Assembly: GCA_046758505.1 (NCBI GenBank)
Contig: JBHIAH010000031.1
Location: forward strand, 1 to 26,818
Reading direction: 5' to 3'
Origin: Candidatus Methylomirabilales bacterium
Lineage (GTDB): Bacteria > Methylomirabilota > Methylomirabilia > Methylomirabilales > CSP1-5
DNA: 26,818 nt
The number at the start of each line of letters is the position of its first letter. Position 1 is the stretch's first letter. This document shows positions 17,130 through 25,156 of the stretch, piece by piece. The notes under the pieces were generated by a model, which saw only the letters and a list, made by a program, of their open reading frames with translations, searched no databases and was not told where the DNA came from. The position numbers and the translations under genes are program-made.

Positions 17130-18410
17130 ATGAATCGATGGATTATCTGCTTGGCCGGGACAGCCATCAACATCTGTCTCGGCGTCCTCTACTCGTGGAG
17201 CATCTTTGTCGTGCCCTTGATTGATAAGTATGGGGCAGAGGCCGGCTTCTCGCGGGCCTCGCTGACGTGGCCCTTCACCGCCTCGATCTTCACCTTTGCC
17301 CTGGTGATGGTCTATGCGGGCCGACTCCAGGATAGGATTGGGCCCCGGATTGTCTGCACCATCGGCGCGGCGATCATGGGGGCCGGGTTCATCCTGACCT
17401 CGTTCGCCGGCTCCGTGCCGGCGATCATCTTGACTTACGGGGTCATCGGCGGAGCCGGCGTCGCCTTCGGGTATGTGACCCCCGTCGTCACCACGATCAA
17501 GTGGTTCCCCGACATGAAGGGTCTCACGGTCGGGATTACGGTGGCGGGATTCGGATTCGGGGCGTTCGTCTTTACCCCGATCGCCGTGAAGCTCATCAAG
17601 AGTGTGGGCATCAGCAGTGCCTTTCTATACCTGGGGCTCATCTTCCTCATCGCCGTGGGGCTTCTGGCACAGCTGCTCCAGATCCCCCCTGCTGGGTATA
17701 GGCCCGAGGGCTGGACGCCGCCGCCCCCCAAGCCGGGCGGCGTGAAGGCGGCCAGGGACTACACCCCCGGCGAGGCCGTGAAGACCGCGACCTTCTGGAC
17801 ACTCTGGTTGGCCTTCCTTGGGAACGCGGGGGTGGGCCTGATGGTGATCAGCCTCATCGCCCCCTACGCCAAGAGCCTCGGCATGAGCCCAGAGACGGCG
17901 GCCTTCATGATCGGCTTCCTGTCGATCGCGAATGGCTTTGGGCGCATCATCGCGGGCTGGCTCTCGGATGTCATGGGCCGCACCCGGGCGATGATCTTGA
18001 TCTTCGGGATCACCACGGTGACCATCTTTCTGCTGCCGTTCATCGCGGGGACGACCCTCGGGTTTGCCACCGGGCTCATGATCGCCGGGGCGGCTTACGG
18101 GTCCAACTTCGCCCTCTTCCCCGCCGCCACGGCCGAGTACTTCGGCACCAAGAACCTGGGGGTGAACTACGCGGCCGTCTTCACCGCGTGGGGGGTCGCG
18201 GGGGTGGTCGGCCCGCGCGTCAAGGCGTATATGCTTGCATCGAGGACGGCAGGCCTTGAGAGAGGAACGCCAGAGTTTACGCAAGCGGCGCTGGGCGCCT
18301 ACAAGACAGCTTTCATGGTGGGCACCGGCCTGGGCCTGCTGGCGGTCGTCATGGCCATCGTTACGAAGCCGCCGAAGGAGGTCGCACCTGCCGCTGCCAC
18401 CGGCCGGTAA
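17130..18410 (+). CDS. MFS transporter, OFA / monocarboxylate (oxalate-formate, L-lactate) family
   Basis: About 12 hydrophobic segments, LGVLYSWSIF, GRLQDRIGPR (motif A), KWFPDMKG, GWLSDVMGR and FGTKNLGVNY. SD GGAGG. Confidence 0.92.
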   Translation: MNRWIICLAGTAINICLGVLYSWSIFVVPLIDKYGAEAGFSRASLTWPFTASIFTFALVMVYAGRLQDRIGPRIVCTIGAAIMGAGFILTSFAGSVPAIILTYGVIGGAGVAFGYVTPVVTTIKWFPDMKGLTVGITVAGFGFGAFVFTPIAVKLIKSVGISSAFLYLGLIFLIAVGLLAQLLQIPPAGYRPEGWTPPPPKPGGVKAARDYTPGEAVKTATFWTLWLAFLGNAGVGLMVISLIAPYAKSLGMSPETAAFMIGFLSIANGFGRIIAGWLSDVMGRTRAMILIFGITTVTIFLLPFIAGTTLGFATGLMIAGAAYGSNFALFPAATAEYFGTKNLGVNYAAVFTAWGVAGVVGPRVKAYMLASRTAGLERGTPEFTQAALGAYKTAFMVGTGLGLLAVVMAIVTKPPKEVAPAAATGR

Positions 18411-18438
18411 TCCACACGAAAGAGAGGCAATCTGGAGC

Positions 18439-18476
18439 GAGAGGCTGTCGAATCCCCCGACAGCCTCTCTTTTTTT
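18439..18476 (+). terminator. Rho-independent terminator
   Basis: GAGAGGCTGTCG-aatcccc-CGACAGCCTCTC (12-bp stem) followed by T7. Confidence 0.92.
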
Positions 18477-18479
18477 GCG

Positions 18480-19232
18480 ATGCAGACCCTGGTACAGGCG
18501 TTCCGCCTCGGTAAGACCATCGTGGTGACGATGCTCGCCCTCTGGCTGTCGGCTCCGGCACCAGCCTGGGCCGTCGAGTGTCGCTTCACCCACGAAACCG
18601 CCACACCCCCCTCAGGCCCGGAGCAGACCACCTTTATCACGGACTGCCCGCTTCCGCTGCCGGTGGAGCCGATCTGGACGGCGCTGCAGGATTTTCCACG
18701 GCTGGCGGAAAAGGGGGTGCGCCCCACGGAGGTCGAGTATGCGCGCGCGCTCGACTCCGAGGCGGCCAAGCGTGCGGTGGCAGCCCGGCTCAACAGCCTC
18801 CCCCTTGCGCGCAAGCCGGATGTTTCCCGGCTGCTCGCCCTCCCCCTGGATGGCCCTCTGTTGTACGAAGAGTTTTACCACGTCAATCTCTACTTCCTCT
18901 GGGGGGTACGCCGCTTTGCCGCCGATACCTCACAATCGGCAGCCGGGATTTATCGGCTGACCTTTGAGAAGGTGGATGGGTTGAGCAGCGAGGCGGTCTT
19001 CCGGGGGGGCTTTGAGCTGACCCAAGACGGAGACCGATCCCGCCTGCGCTACACCCTCACCCTGAGCATCCATGAGAAGCTTGCCGGGGAAGGCCTCCTC
19101 GATCTGCTGCAGCGGGCGGTCATGGGGAGGATGTACGTCGAGGGCTACCGAACCTACATGAAAGAGCGGGTCGAGGGGATCGTGCGGGAAGCACAACGCC
19201 TGGGCCGTGCCGACGGCAGCCGAGGTGAGTGA
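18480..19232 (+). CDS. Exported hypothetical protein, possibly SRPBCC/START-like fold
   Basis: Signal-like MLALWLSAPAPAWA. LPVEPIWTALQDFPRL, FRGGFELTQDGDRSRLRYTL and a long C-terminal helix resemble SRPBCC proteins. Start uncertain. Confidence 0.6.
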   Translation: MQTLVQAFRLGKTIVVTMLALWLSAPAPAWAVECRFTHETATPPSGPEQTTFITDCPLPLPVEPIWTALQDFPRLAEKGVRPTEVEYARALDSEAAKRAVAARLNSLPLARKPDVSRLLALPLDGPLLYEEFYHVNLYFLWGVRRFAADTSQSAAGIYRLTFEKVDGLSSEAVFRGGFELTQDGDRSRLRYTLTLSIHEKLAGEGLLDLLQRAVMGRMYVEGYRTYMKERVEGIVREAQRLGRADGSRGE

Positions 19233-19423
19233 TGGAGAACGTCTCCCTCTACCTCTGGTTGACTGTCGGGTTTTTCATCGGCTTCTGCATCACCGCGGCG
19301 GCCATCATCTGGTTCTTTCGGCAGCGGGCCCAGAGAACATGTGCCCCCCACGAGTGGGAGACCGGTCCCGACGGGCGGCTCCGCTGTGCGCGGTGCGGTC
19401 TGGTGGCCGGCGAGCGGGACTGA
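19232..19423 (+). CDS. Small single-pass membrane protein with a C-terminal C-H-C-C putative zinc ribbon
   Basis: TM LYLWLTVGFFIGFCITAAAIIWFF, a basic stop-transfer segment, then CAPHEWETGPDGRLRCARCG. Coupled to the upstream stop; SD GAGGTG. Confidence 0.75.
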   Translation: MENVSLYLWLTVGFFIGFCITAAAIIWFFRQRAQRTCAPHEWETGPDGRLRCARCGLVAGERD

Positions 19424-19462
19424 GACGACGCGATCCCCGCGTGGGTTGGTAGATTCCAGCCA

Positions 19463-19492
19463 TTGACGCCCGAGACATCCTTTCGGTATAGT
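19463..19492 (+). promoter_or_regulatory. Sigma70-type promoter
   Basis: TTGACG-18 bp-TATAGT, 10 nt before ATG 19503 (near-leaderless). Confidence 0.55.
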
Positions 19493-19502
19493 GATGAGCA
19501 TC

Positions 19503-19700
19503 ATGAGCCATGGCGGGGATCGGCGCGAAAAGCAGCTGCGCAAGGGGACCCGCTCCATCGTGTTCGGAGCGGCTGTCCTCATCGGCCTCGCCGTGTTCAA
19601 GATGGCGCAGCAGATCCCGCAATTGCAGGATTTCGAAATTCTGCTGGGCCTCGTGATTGGGGCGACGGTTTTCGCCATCCTCCGACGGTTCCTGCTGTAG
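19503..19700 (+). CDS. Small two-TM membrane protein
   Basis: SIVFGAAVLIGLAVF and ILLGLVIGATVFAIL flanked by basic residues. Confidence 0.7.
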   Translation: MSHGGDRREKQLRKGTRSIVFGAAVLIGLAVFKMAQQIPQLQDFEILLGLVIGATVFAILRRFLL

Positions 19701-19773
19701 AACGCGGCGATGGGGACCGGTGCTCCGGCCGCGGTCATGCATCGCGGAGCCGGGGCACTCCGGAAGGGAGCCA

Positions 19774-20421
19774 ATGGATCCAATCCTTGAATTTATAATA
19801 CTAGCCGTGCTGGCGATGCCCCTGGTGGCCGTCGTGCTCTATGTGGGAGCCACGCTGCTCGTTCTCCCCCTGACCGGAGAATCGATCTTCCGGTTTACCG
19901 ATCGACCGCTGGTCGAGGCGATCCTTGCGCTGGTGCCGATGCGACCCGGCCAGCGTTTCTACGACTTAGGGTGCGGGGAGGGCCGCATGCTGATTGCCGC
20001 CAGGGAGAAGTACGGCGTCGACGCCATCGGCTATGAGGTGAACCCGTGCGCGTATGTCTACGCGCGGCTGAACGCCTGGTGGCACGGGGGGGGCGCCCAG
20101 GTCCGGTTCCGGAATTTTATGCACGCGGACCTCTCGGACGCAGACGTCATCTATTGCTATCAAGCCTCGGGGGCGATCCAGCAGCTTCGGGACAAGTTCA
20201 CCCGTGAACTGAGACCCGGAACCGTCGTGATGAGCAACACTTACACCATCGAGCGCTGGCTCACGCCGACGGTGGTGACCTTGGAACACGGCATCACCAT
20301 TCGTAACATCTACTTGTACCAGGTCCCTTCTCCCCACGCGTCCACGCCCCCCACCCCCGAAGCTACGCCATCCGGGACACGAACAGAGGCAATCCCCCAC
20401 GGGCTGCGAGACCACTCATGA
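19774..20421 (+). CDS. Membrane-anchored class I SAM-dependent methyltransferase
   Basis: N-terminal TM, FYDLGCGEGR (motif I), GYEVNP, DLSDADVIYCY and ELRPGTVVMSN. SD AGGGAG before ATG 19774. Confidence 0.88.
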   Translation: MDPILEFIILAVLAMPLVAVVLYVGATLLVLPLTGESIFRFTDRPLVEAILALVPMRPGQRFYDLGCGEGRMLIAAREKYGVDAIGYEVNPCAYVYARLNAWWHGGGAQVRFRNFMHADLSDADVIYCYQASGAIQQLRDKFTRELRPGTVVMSNTYTIERWLTPTVVTLEHGITIRNIYLYQVPSPHASTPPTPEATPSGTRTEAIPHGLRDHS

Positions 20422-20589
20422 TGGACCCGGTGAACACACCGACCAATGCCAGCGCCCCGACCCGATGGCTGCGACTCGGGATCTGGATATTGCACGTGCT
20501 GGATGCGAGCGTGATCGAGGTCCGCGACGGACAGTATGTGGGATCAATCTGATGATCCTTCATCCCCCGGGCGGGGGAGAAGGAAAGCC

Positions 20590-20768
20590 AAGCTGTCACC
20601 AGCCAGCAATCAGCTCTCAGCAAAGACGAAAAAGAACAGCAGCCAGGTGTCAGTGCTCAGCAATCCGCTCCTGGGAGGTGTCAGCAGTCGGTCTGGACAT
20701 CCTGAAGTTGGTAGCTAACAGCGGACGGCGGATAGCGGACCGCTGACAGCTGATTGCTGACCGCTGCT
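20590..20768. repeat. Inverted heptamer arrays (TCAGCNN ... GCTGANN) between convergent genes
   Basis: cagcaat cagctct cagcaaa ... gctaaca gcggacg gcggata gcggacc gctgaca gctgatt gctgacc. Confidence 0.75.
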
Positions 20769-20774
20769 TGCTAC

Positions 20775-21023
20775 CTAGAAGAGGGGCCAGTCCCGGTCGA
20801 AGATCCTGATTTTCGGGAAGCCGATCAGGGATTGGGCCACACGCTTGTGGCACAGGGAACACACCATGCCGCCGGGTGAGGCTGCCTCCCACTGGTGAAG
20901 CGTACACCGGGCTTCCCGAAGGCGGCGGCGATCCAGCTTATGGAGCTGAAAGAGAATCGCAGCGTAGGCCAGCACTTCCACCGTGTAGAGCAGGAACATT
21001 GTTGCTGCATCCAGCGTGATCAT
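20775..21023 (-). CDS. Small single-pass membrane protein with a C-H-C-C putative zinc ribbon
   Basis: TM MFLLYTVEVLAYAAILF, basic RRRLR, then CTLHQWEAASPGGMVCSLCH. Same motif spacing as 19232-19423. Confidence 0.72.
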   Translation of the reverse strand: MITLDAATMFLLYTVEVLAYAAILFQLHKLDRRRLREARCTLHQWEAASPGGMVCSLCHKRVAQSLIGFPKIRIFDRDWPLF

Positions 21024-21047
21024 TGTGGGCCTCTTGGCATCTAGATT

Positions 21048-21281
21048 TCAGACACTTGTTTGGGTTGCAATTTCTGGGCCAGAGTCGGGTTCCGACGGGC
21101 CCGATTTTTTCTCGGCCACCGGGGAGATCCCCGCGGCGACCTCCAGACGGCGCCCGATGGCCTGATAGCCCTCCAGATCGGCCTGAACGGTCTCCGAGAC
21201 GGTCTCCGCCCCCGCGGAGAAGATCAGGCATCAGGTCAGGATAGGGCGTTGACAGATCAGTTGCCAAAGTCTGGACAGCAT
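21048..21281 (-). other. Small ORF (77 codons) with one in-frame TGA: pseudogene or candidate selenoprotein
   Basis: Strong SD AAGGAGGGG. MLSRLWQLICQRPILT-TGA(21233-21231)-CLIFSAGAETVSETVQADLEGYQAIGRRLEVAAG...TSV*. Ends 24 nt before the next minus-strand gene. Confidence 0.5.
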
Positions 21282-21453
21282 CGCTCCCCTCCTTTTCTTA
21301 CACTTATGTTGACGTGCGTTTGGTTACAAATATTCCTCAGAAACTCGCAAGATCTCGTTTAATGCTAATTGGCCCCATGATCGGCCCTTTCCCGGGGGCC
21401 ACGAAGAGAGGTCTACTGTGCGAGGTCTTGACGCGGCTGGGGCCTCGGGCGTA

Positions 21454-21527
21454 CCCTTTGACTATATGCTCAGGGAGGGCCCTTCGACCCTTCGACCTTG
21501 CTCAGGGCTCAGGGCAGGCCCTCAGGG
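21454..21527 (+). repeat. Cluster of CCCTTYGAC...GCTCAGGG REP-like units, one nested inside another
   Basis: ccctttgac-tatat-gctcaggg, then cccttcgac-ccttcgac-cttg-ctcaggg-ctcaggg-caggcc-ctcaggg. Same end motifs as 8950-9010. Confidence 0.75.
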
Positions 21528-21571
21528 TGCGTGCTGGCCGGACTCGGATTGGGGGATGCAACGAAAGAAAG

Positions 21572-21781
21572 ATGGGAACCGCAACACGCGACAACGTTGG
21601 ACTGGATTCCCGGACGACGCCTCGGGCGGGTGAGGGAATCCCCGGCGCGGTTGCTTCGCTCATCGCATGGGTGGGAGTCGGACTCCTGGTCTTGCTTTTC
21701 ACGGGGGTTCTTGCAGGTATCTGGATGGTCCTGGTGCAGGGAAACCTCCTCCCCCTAGAGGCCGTATGCCTGCGAGGCTAA
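21572..21781 (+). CDS. Small membrane protein (69 aa)
   Basis: Long hydrophobic stretch AVASLIAWVGVGLLVLLFTGVLAGIWMVLV; ends CLRG*. Confidence 0.6.
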   Translation: MGTATRDNVGLDSRTTPRAGEGIPGAVASLIAWVGVGLLVLLFTGVLAGIWMVLVQGNLLPLEAVCLRG

Positions 21782-21796
21782 GGGGGATTCCGGGGG

Positions 21797-21962
21797 GCAG
21801 CAATCAGCTATCGGCAGTCAGCAAATTTCCGGCTGTCAGCTGTCAGCAGTCAGCGACCAGCTATTAGGCTCAGGATGCCCCGGCTGACTGCTGACGGCGG
21901 ATTGCTGACTGCCAGTTCACAATTACTGACAGCCTCAGAATGTCTGATCGCTGACCGCTGCC
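21797..21962. repeat. Inverted heptamer arrays (CAGCNNT ... GCTGACN)
   Basis: cagcaat cagctat cggcagt cagcaaa; cggctgt cagctgt cagcagt cagcgac; then gctgact gctgacg gcggatt gctgact ... tctgatc gctgacc. Confidence 0.8.
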
Positions 21963-21971
21963 GGAGCTATT

Positions 21972-22409
21972 ATGTGGCCTGCGTTCCTGGTGACCGCCCT
22001 CCTCCTTCTCTTTGCCTACGGCATGGCCCGTGGGACGGCCTGGCTCGATCGTTGCTCGGATGACGAGTTTCGGCTCCTGATCTGGGAGGCCGAACCCCAG
22101 CGGGCGGCCGACGCCGTGAGCCGGTGGGTAGCCCAGGTGCTCGTCATCCGGCTCTGGGCGGCCGAGCCCGGCCACGTGTGGCTGCGGATCGAGGGCTGGA
22201 TTCTCTTCCCCTGGACCCGAGGGCTCGAGCGAGTCTGCCAGGAGCACCTTGCTCACCCCGACACGCGGCTCATCCTGGATCTCAGCCGGGTCAGGTGGAT
22301 CAGCCCTGCTGGGCGGCGGTTGCTGCAGGGCCTCGACGGGACCCGGGTGCAGATACAGCGCTGGCCTCGACACCTGCGACCTCTCGGCCCGGCGCCAGGC
22401 AGGGGATAA
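21972..22409 (+). CDS. Membrane-anchored STAS-like domain protein
   Basis: N-terminal hydrophobic helix. LRIEGWI...LERVC...RLILDLSRVRWISPAGRRLL matches the STAS lDls.v.fids.G pattern. SD GGAG. Confidence 0.65.
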   Translation: MWPAFLVTALLLLFAYGMARGTAWLDRCSDDEFRLLIWEAEPQRAADAVSRWVAQVLVIRLWAAEPGHVWLRIEGWILFPWTRGLERVCQEHLAHPDTRLILDLSRVRWISPAGRRLLQGLDGTRVQIQRWPRHLRPLGPAPGRG

Positions 22410-22473
22410 GTGTGTTCCGTGCTAGAAATCGCACGAGTGCGACAGTAGCCCCGGAGAAAAAACGAGGGACCCG

Positions 22474-23613
22474 ATGACGAGGATTACACCGGGCCACGGG
22501 AGCGACGCATCGGTACCGGACCTGCTCCAGCCGGTCCTTGAGGATTATGCCCAAGCCGTGCGGACCCCCATCCATGCCCATGCACCGGCAAGTCGCCTCT
22601 CTCCTCCGCGGCGGGATGGCGGTCTCCATCTGCACGTCTTTGCCCTCCCGGCCCAACCCCACTGGTCCACCTTCTGGCCAGTGACTCCAAGCGTCGAAAT
22701 CCCTGCGGTTTTTTGCTGGGGACTGGCTGCAGGAACGAAGAAGGCCTTGGACCCAGGGAACCTCTTCTCCCACGGCGCCTTAACATTCGATCAGAGGGGT
22801 CGCGCAATTACCGGGACCCTTGGAGAGAATATCTATGTCCTGTTCGACCTCTTGGGACAGCCCGAGCCGTTGGTTCCGGTCATCCTGCGGAGGATTCTCG
22901 ACCTGTGTCTGGGGGGGTTGTCGGAATCCCTGTCCCTGCAGAGCGGCAGGCTCCCCCATCAGGTGCACCTCACCCTTGACCGCCTCAAGCACACGACGAT
23001 GCTCATCACCCTGAACGAGCGCGCCGCCCGGGGAGAGCACCCGGGAATTCAGGATCACGTCTCCGACAACGCCGGGCCAGCCGAGGACGGGGAGTGTATC
23101 CGGAAGCGGATGACGGTGGCAGAAGAAAACCTCAGAGAACTCTCCCGGCAGATGGCGTCGCAGACACGCCTGTTGATGCACTGTCGGGAGCGGTACCGGA
23201 CGCTCACCAAGGCCGACGAATCGGAGGAAGCGCTGACGCGGGAATTCGACAGGCTACTCGCCATCCCGGAAGTGCGCGACGTCCAAGTCCTGGGGGACCG
23301 CCTGTGCGTGCTCACGGAAACCGTCGATACGGTGGTTGCCGGCCGGCGCTACCGGTTGGGACGCTTTCGCCTCGATATTCGCTTCAATGGCGATGTGGCC
23401 ATCACGAACCTTACCCGGGCATACGGCTACTATGATCACCCCCACATCTGGAACACCAAGCCGTGCCTCGGCAATATCGGTCAGAGTGTCGTGAAACTGG
23501 TCAGTGAGTTTCAGTGGGTCGCCGCAGCCGAACTGCTCCTCGAGTATCTGAAGACCGTGAGCCCCAAAGAGTGGTATACCCCCATCGACCACTGGGAGGA
23601 GCGCTCTCCGTGA
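22474..23613 (+). CDS. Coiled-coil protein with a C-terminal E2/UBC-like domain
   Basis: Heptad-rich middle region (RKRMTVAEENLRELSRQM...LTREFDRLL). Then beta strands YRLGRFRLDIRF, DHPHIWNTKPCLGN (compare UBC HPNI..G.ICL) and a closing helix LLLEYL. Confidence 0.7.
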   Translation: MTRITPGHGSDASVPDLLQPVLEDYAQAVRTPIHAHAPASRLSPPRRDGGLHLHVFALPAQPHWSTFWPVTPSVEIPAVFCWGLAAGTKKALDPGNLFSHGALTFDQRGRAITGTLGENIYVLFDLLGQPEPLVPVILRRILDLCLGGLSESLSLQSGRLPHQVHLTLDRLKHTTMLITLNERAARGEHPGIQDHVSDNAGPAEDGECIRKRMTVAEENLRELSRQMASQTRLLMHCRERYRTLTKADESEEALTREFDRLLAIPEVRDVQVLGDRLCVLTETVDTVVAGRRYRLGRFRLDIRFNGDVAITNLTRAYGYYDHPHIWNTKPCLGNIGQSVVKLVSEFQWVAAAELLLEYLKTVSPKEWYTPIDHWEERSP

Positions 23614-24251
23614 GCTGGACCGTCAACACCATTCCCGAGGTCCTGATCACACCGGCAGCCTTCCAGAAGCTGCGCCTGTACATCGACCTGTGCCCCATGG
23701 AGATCGGAGGACTTGGCGAAGTAGAGCGCCACGGTGCACATCTCTTGATCACCGACCTCTTCATTCTCCCCCAAAAGATTTCCCCGTCGGAAACGGAGCT
23801 GGACCCAGGAGCGATGCTCGAGATGCTCCAATGCTGCGTTGCCGAGGAGCGGAACCCCGCATCGCTCTGCCTCTGGTGGCACAGCCACGCCGAGATGGAC
23901 GTGGAGTGGAGCGAAACGGATGAGCGGACCATCGCGACCTTCCCCGGGGACTTCCTCCTCTCCGTTGTCGCCAACAAATCGGGCGCGTTGGCGTGTCGCC
24001 TCGACTTCCTGCACCCCACCCCACGGGTTTTCAGCGACCTTCCGCTCACCATCCTCCCCGGCCAGGGCGGCGAGGCGGACGTGACGGCGCTCCGGACCGC
24101 CATCATTGCCGAGATGTGCGAGAAGCTCCAGGTGGTCACCCGCGACCTCCAGTACCATGAGATCCCGGTCGAGGTGGAATTTTTGTCCTCCTTCGACCCC
24201 GAGCTCTGCCCACCAGCGTCTCCCCCCTGGTCGACGACCGATGACCGATGA
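23610..24251 (+). CDS. JAB/JAMM (MPN+) metallopeptidase
   Basis: MEIGG ... WWHSHAEMDVEWSETD is the exact E-xn-H-S-H-x7-S-x2-D motif. GTGA overlap with the upstream stop; SD GGAGGAG. Confidence 0.9.
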   Translation: MSWTVNTIPEVLITPAAFQKLRLYIDLCPMEIGGLGEVERHGAHLLITDLFILPQKISPSETELDPGAMLEMLQCCVAEERNPASLCLWWHSHAEMDVEWSETDERTIATFPGDFLLSVVANKSGALACRLDFLHPTPRVFSDLPLTILPGQGGEADVTALRTAIIAEMCEKLQVVTRDLQYHEIPVEVEFLSSFDPELCPPASPPWSTTDDR

Positions 24252-24378
24252 CCCGGGGAATTTCCAATTTCGAATTTCGAAATTCGAATTTCTGTCAACT
24301 CTGAACCCGACGGGGGTTGACTTCGGTTATCGGACCTCGAACGTTGGACTTTGGACCTTAAACCGTGACCCGTGAACA
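24233..24378. repeat. Composite heptamer arrays: (GATGACC)3, (AATTTCG)~5, (NNTGGAC/CGTGAAC)6
   Basis: gacgacc gatgacc gatgacc; aatttcc aatttcg aatttcg aaattcg aatttct; ctcgaac gttggac tttggac cttaaac cgtgacc cgtgaac. Confidence 0.8.
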
Positions 24379-24395
24379 CCGTGGAGGTGCCGACA

Positions 24396-25127
24396 ATGCA
24401 ATTCGTTCGAGTGACCGATCTCCAAACGGCGGATAACCACACCGTCCCCGCCTACGCGTTTCTTCCCGAATCCCCGCGCGGCGGCGCGGCGGTCGTTCAC
24501 GGGTACGGGGGGTGCAAGGAACAGATGCTCGGTCTCTCGGCCCGCCTCGGCGAGGAGGGATGGGCAACGACCGCCGTCGACCTCCGGGGCCACGGGGAGC
24601 ACCCCGCCCCCCTCGATGCGGGACTGCTGCAGGATCTGGAGGCCGCCCTGAGCTGGCTCCGCCGCTACGGGCGGGTGGTCGCCGTGGGACATAGCCTGGG
24701 CGGGCGGTTGGCGCTCACCTCCAGCGCCGATCTCGTCATCGCCATCTCTCCCGCCGTCGCGAGCCGGCCCTCGGAGGAGGGGCGGCAGATGCTTCTTGCA
24801 TTCGGCGCGACCACCGTGCGAAGCCCGGAGCCGGGCTTCATCCTGGAGCTCCTGCGGAATATGGAAGAGGTGAAGGAACCCACCCGGCCCGCCCTGCTCC
24901 TTCACGGGGCGCAGGATATCCCCACCCTTATCGAGGGCATCCAGCGGGTAGCGGGCAACCTTCCCAAAGGAACGCTGGCGCCAGTGACCACCTTCCAGCA
25001 TCCCGAGACCCCTCTCCCGCCCGCCATCCTCCCGTACCTTCACCGCTGGTTCAACCACCTCGACCTGAAGTTCAACCCCGAGGTCTTCCGGCGTGCCGCC
25101 GCATGGCTCCGCGAGGCGAAGACCTGA
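24396..25127 (+). CDS. Alpha/beta-fold hydrolase
   Basis: VVHGYGG, DLRGHG, GHSLG (nucleophile elbow), HGAQD and a C-terminal His candidate in FNHLD. SD GGAGGT before ATG 24396. Confidence 0.92.
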   Translation: MQFVRVTDLQTADNHTVPAYAFLPESPRGGAAVVHGYGGCKEQMLGLSARLGEEGWATTAVDLRGHGEHPAPLDAGLLQDLEAALSWLRRYGRVVAVGHSLGGRLALTSSADLVIAISPAVASRPSEEGRQMLLAFGATTVRSPEPGFILELLRNMEEVKEPTRPALLLHGAQDIPTLIEGIQRVAGNLPKGTLAPVTTFQHPETPLPPAILPYLHRWFNHLDLKFNPEVFRRAAAWLREAKT

Positions 25128-25156
25128 GCGTTGAGGGCACAGGATTGCGTGAGAAC

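Noticed and set aside
20418..20552. 44-codon ORF MMDPVNTPT...YVGSI coupled to the methyltransferase stop
   Set aside because: It is short, with no SD or motif. It may be a remnant but cannot be supported.
20845..20865. CxxCH (CSLCH) as a c-type haem site
   Set aside because: It follows an Arg-rich post-TM segment, so it is likely cytoplasmic. The paralogous motif has CARCG, favouring a Zn ribbon.
22388..22411. AGGGGATAAGT and CCCGGCGCCAG matching the transposase left end and its flank
   Set aside because: These are only 11-nt matches with different spacing and no partner repeat, and cannot be distinguished from chance.
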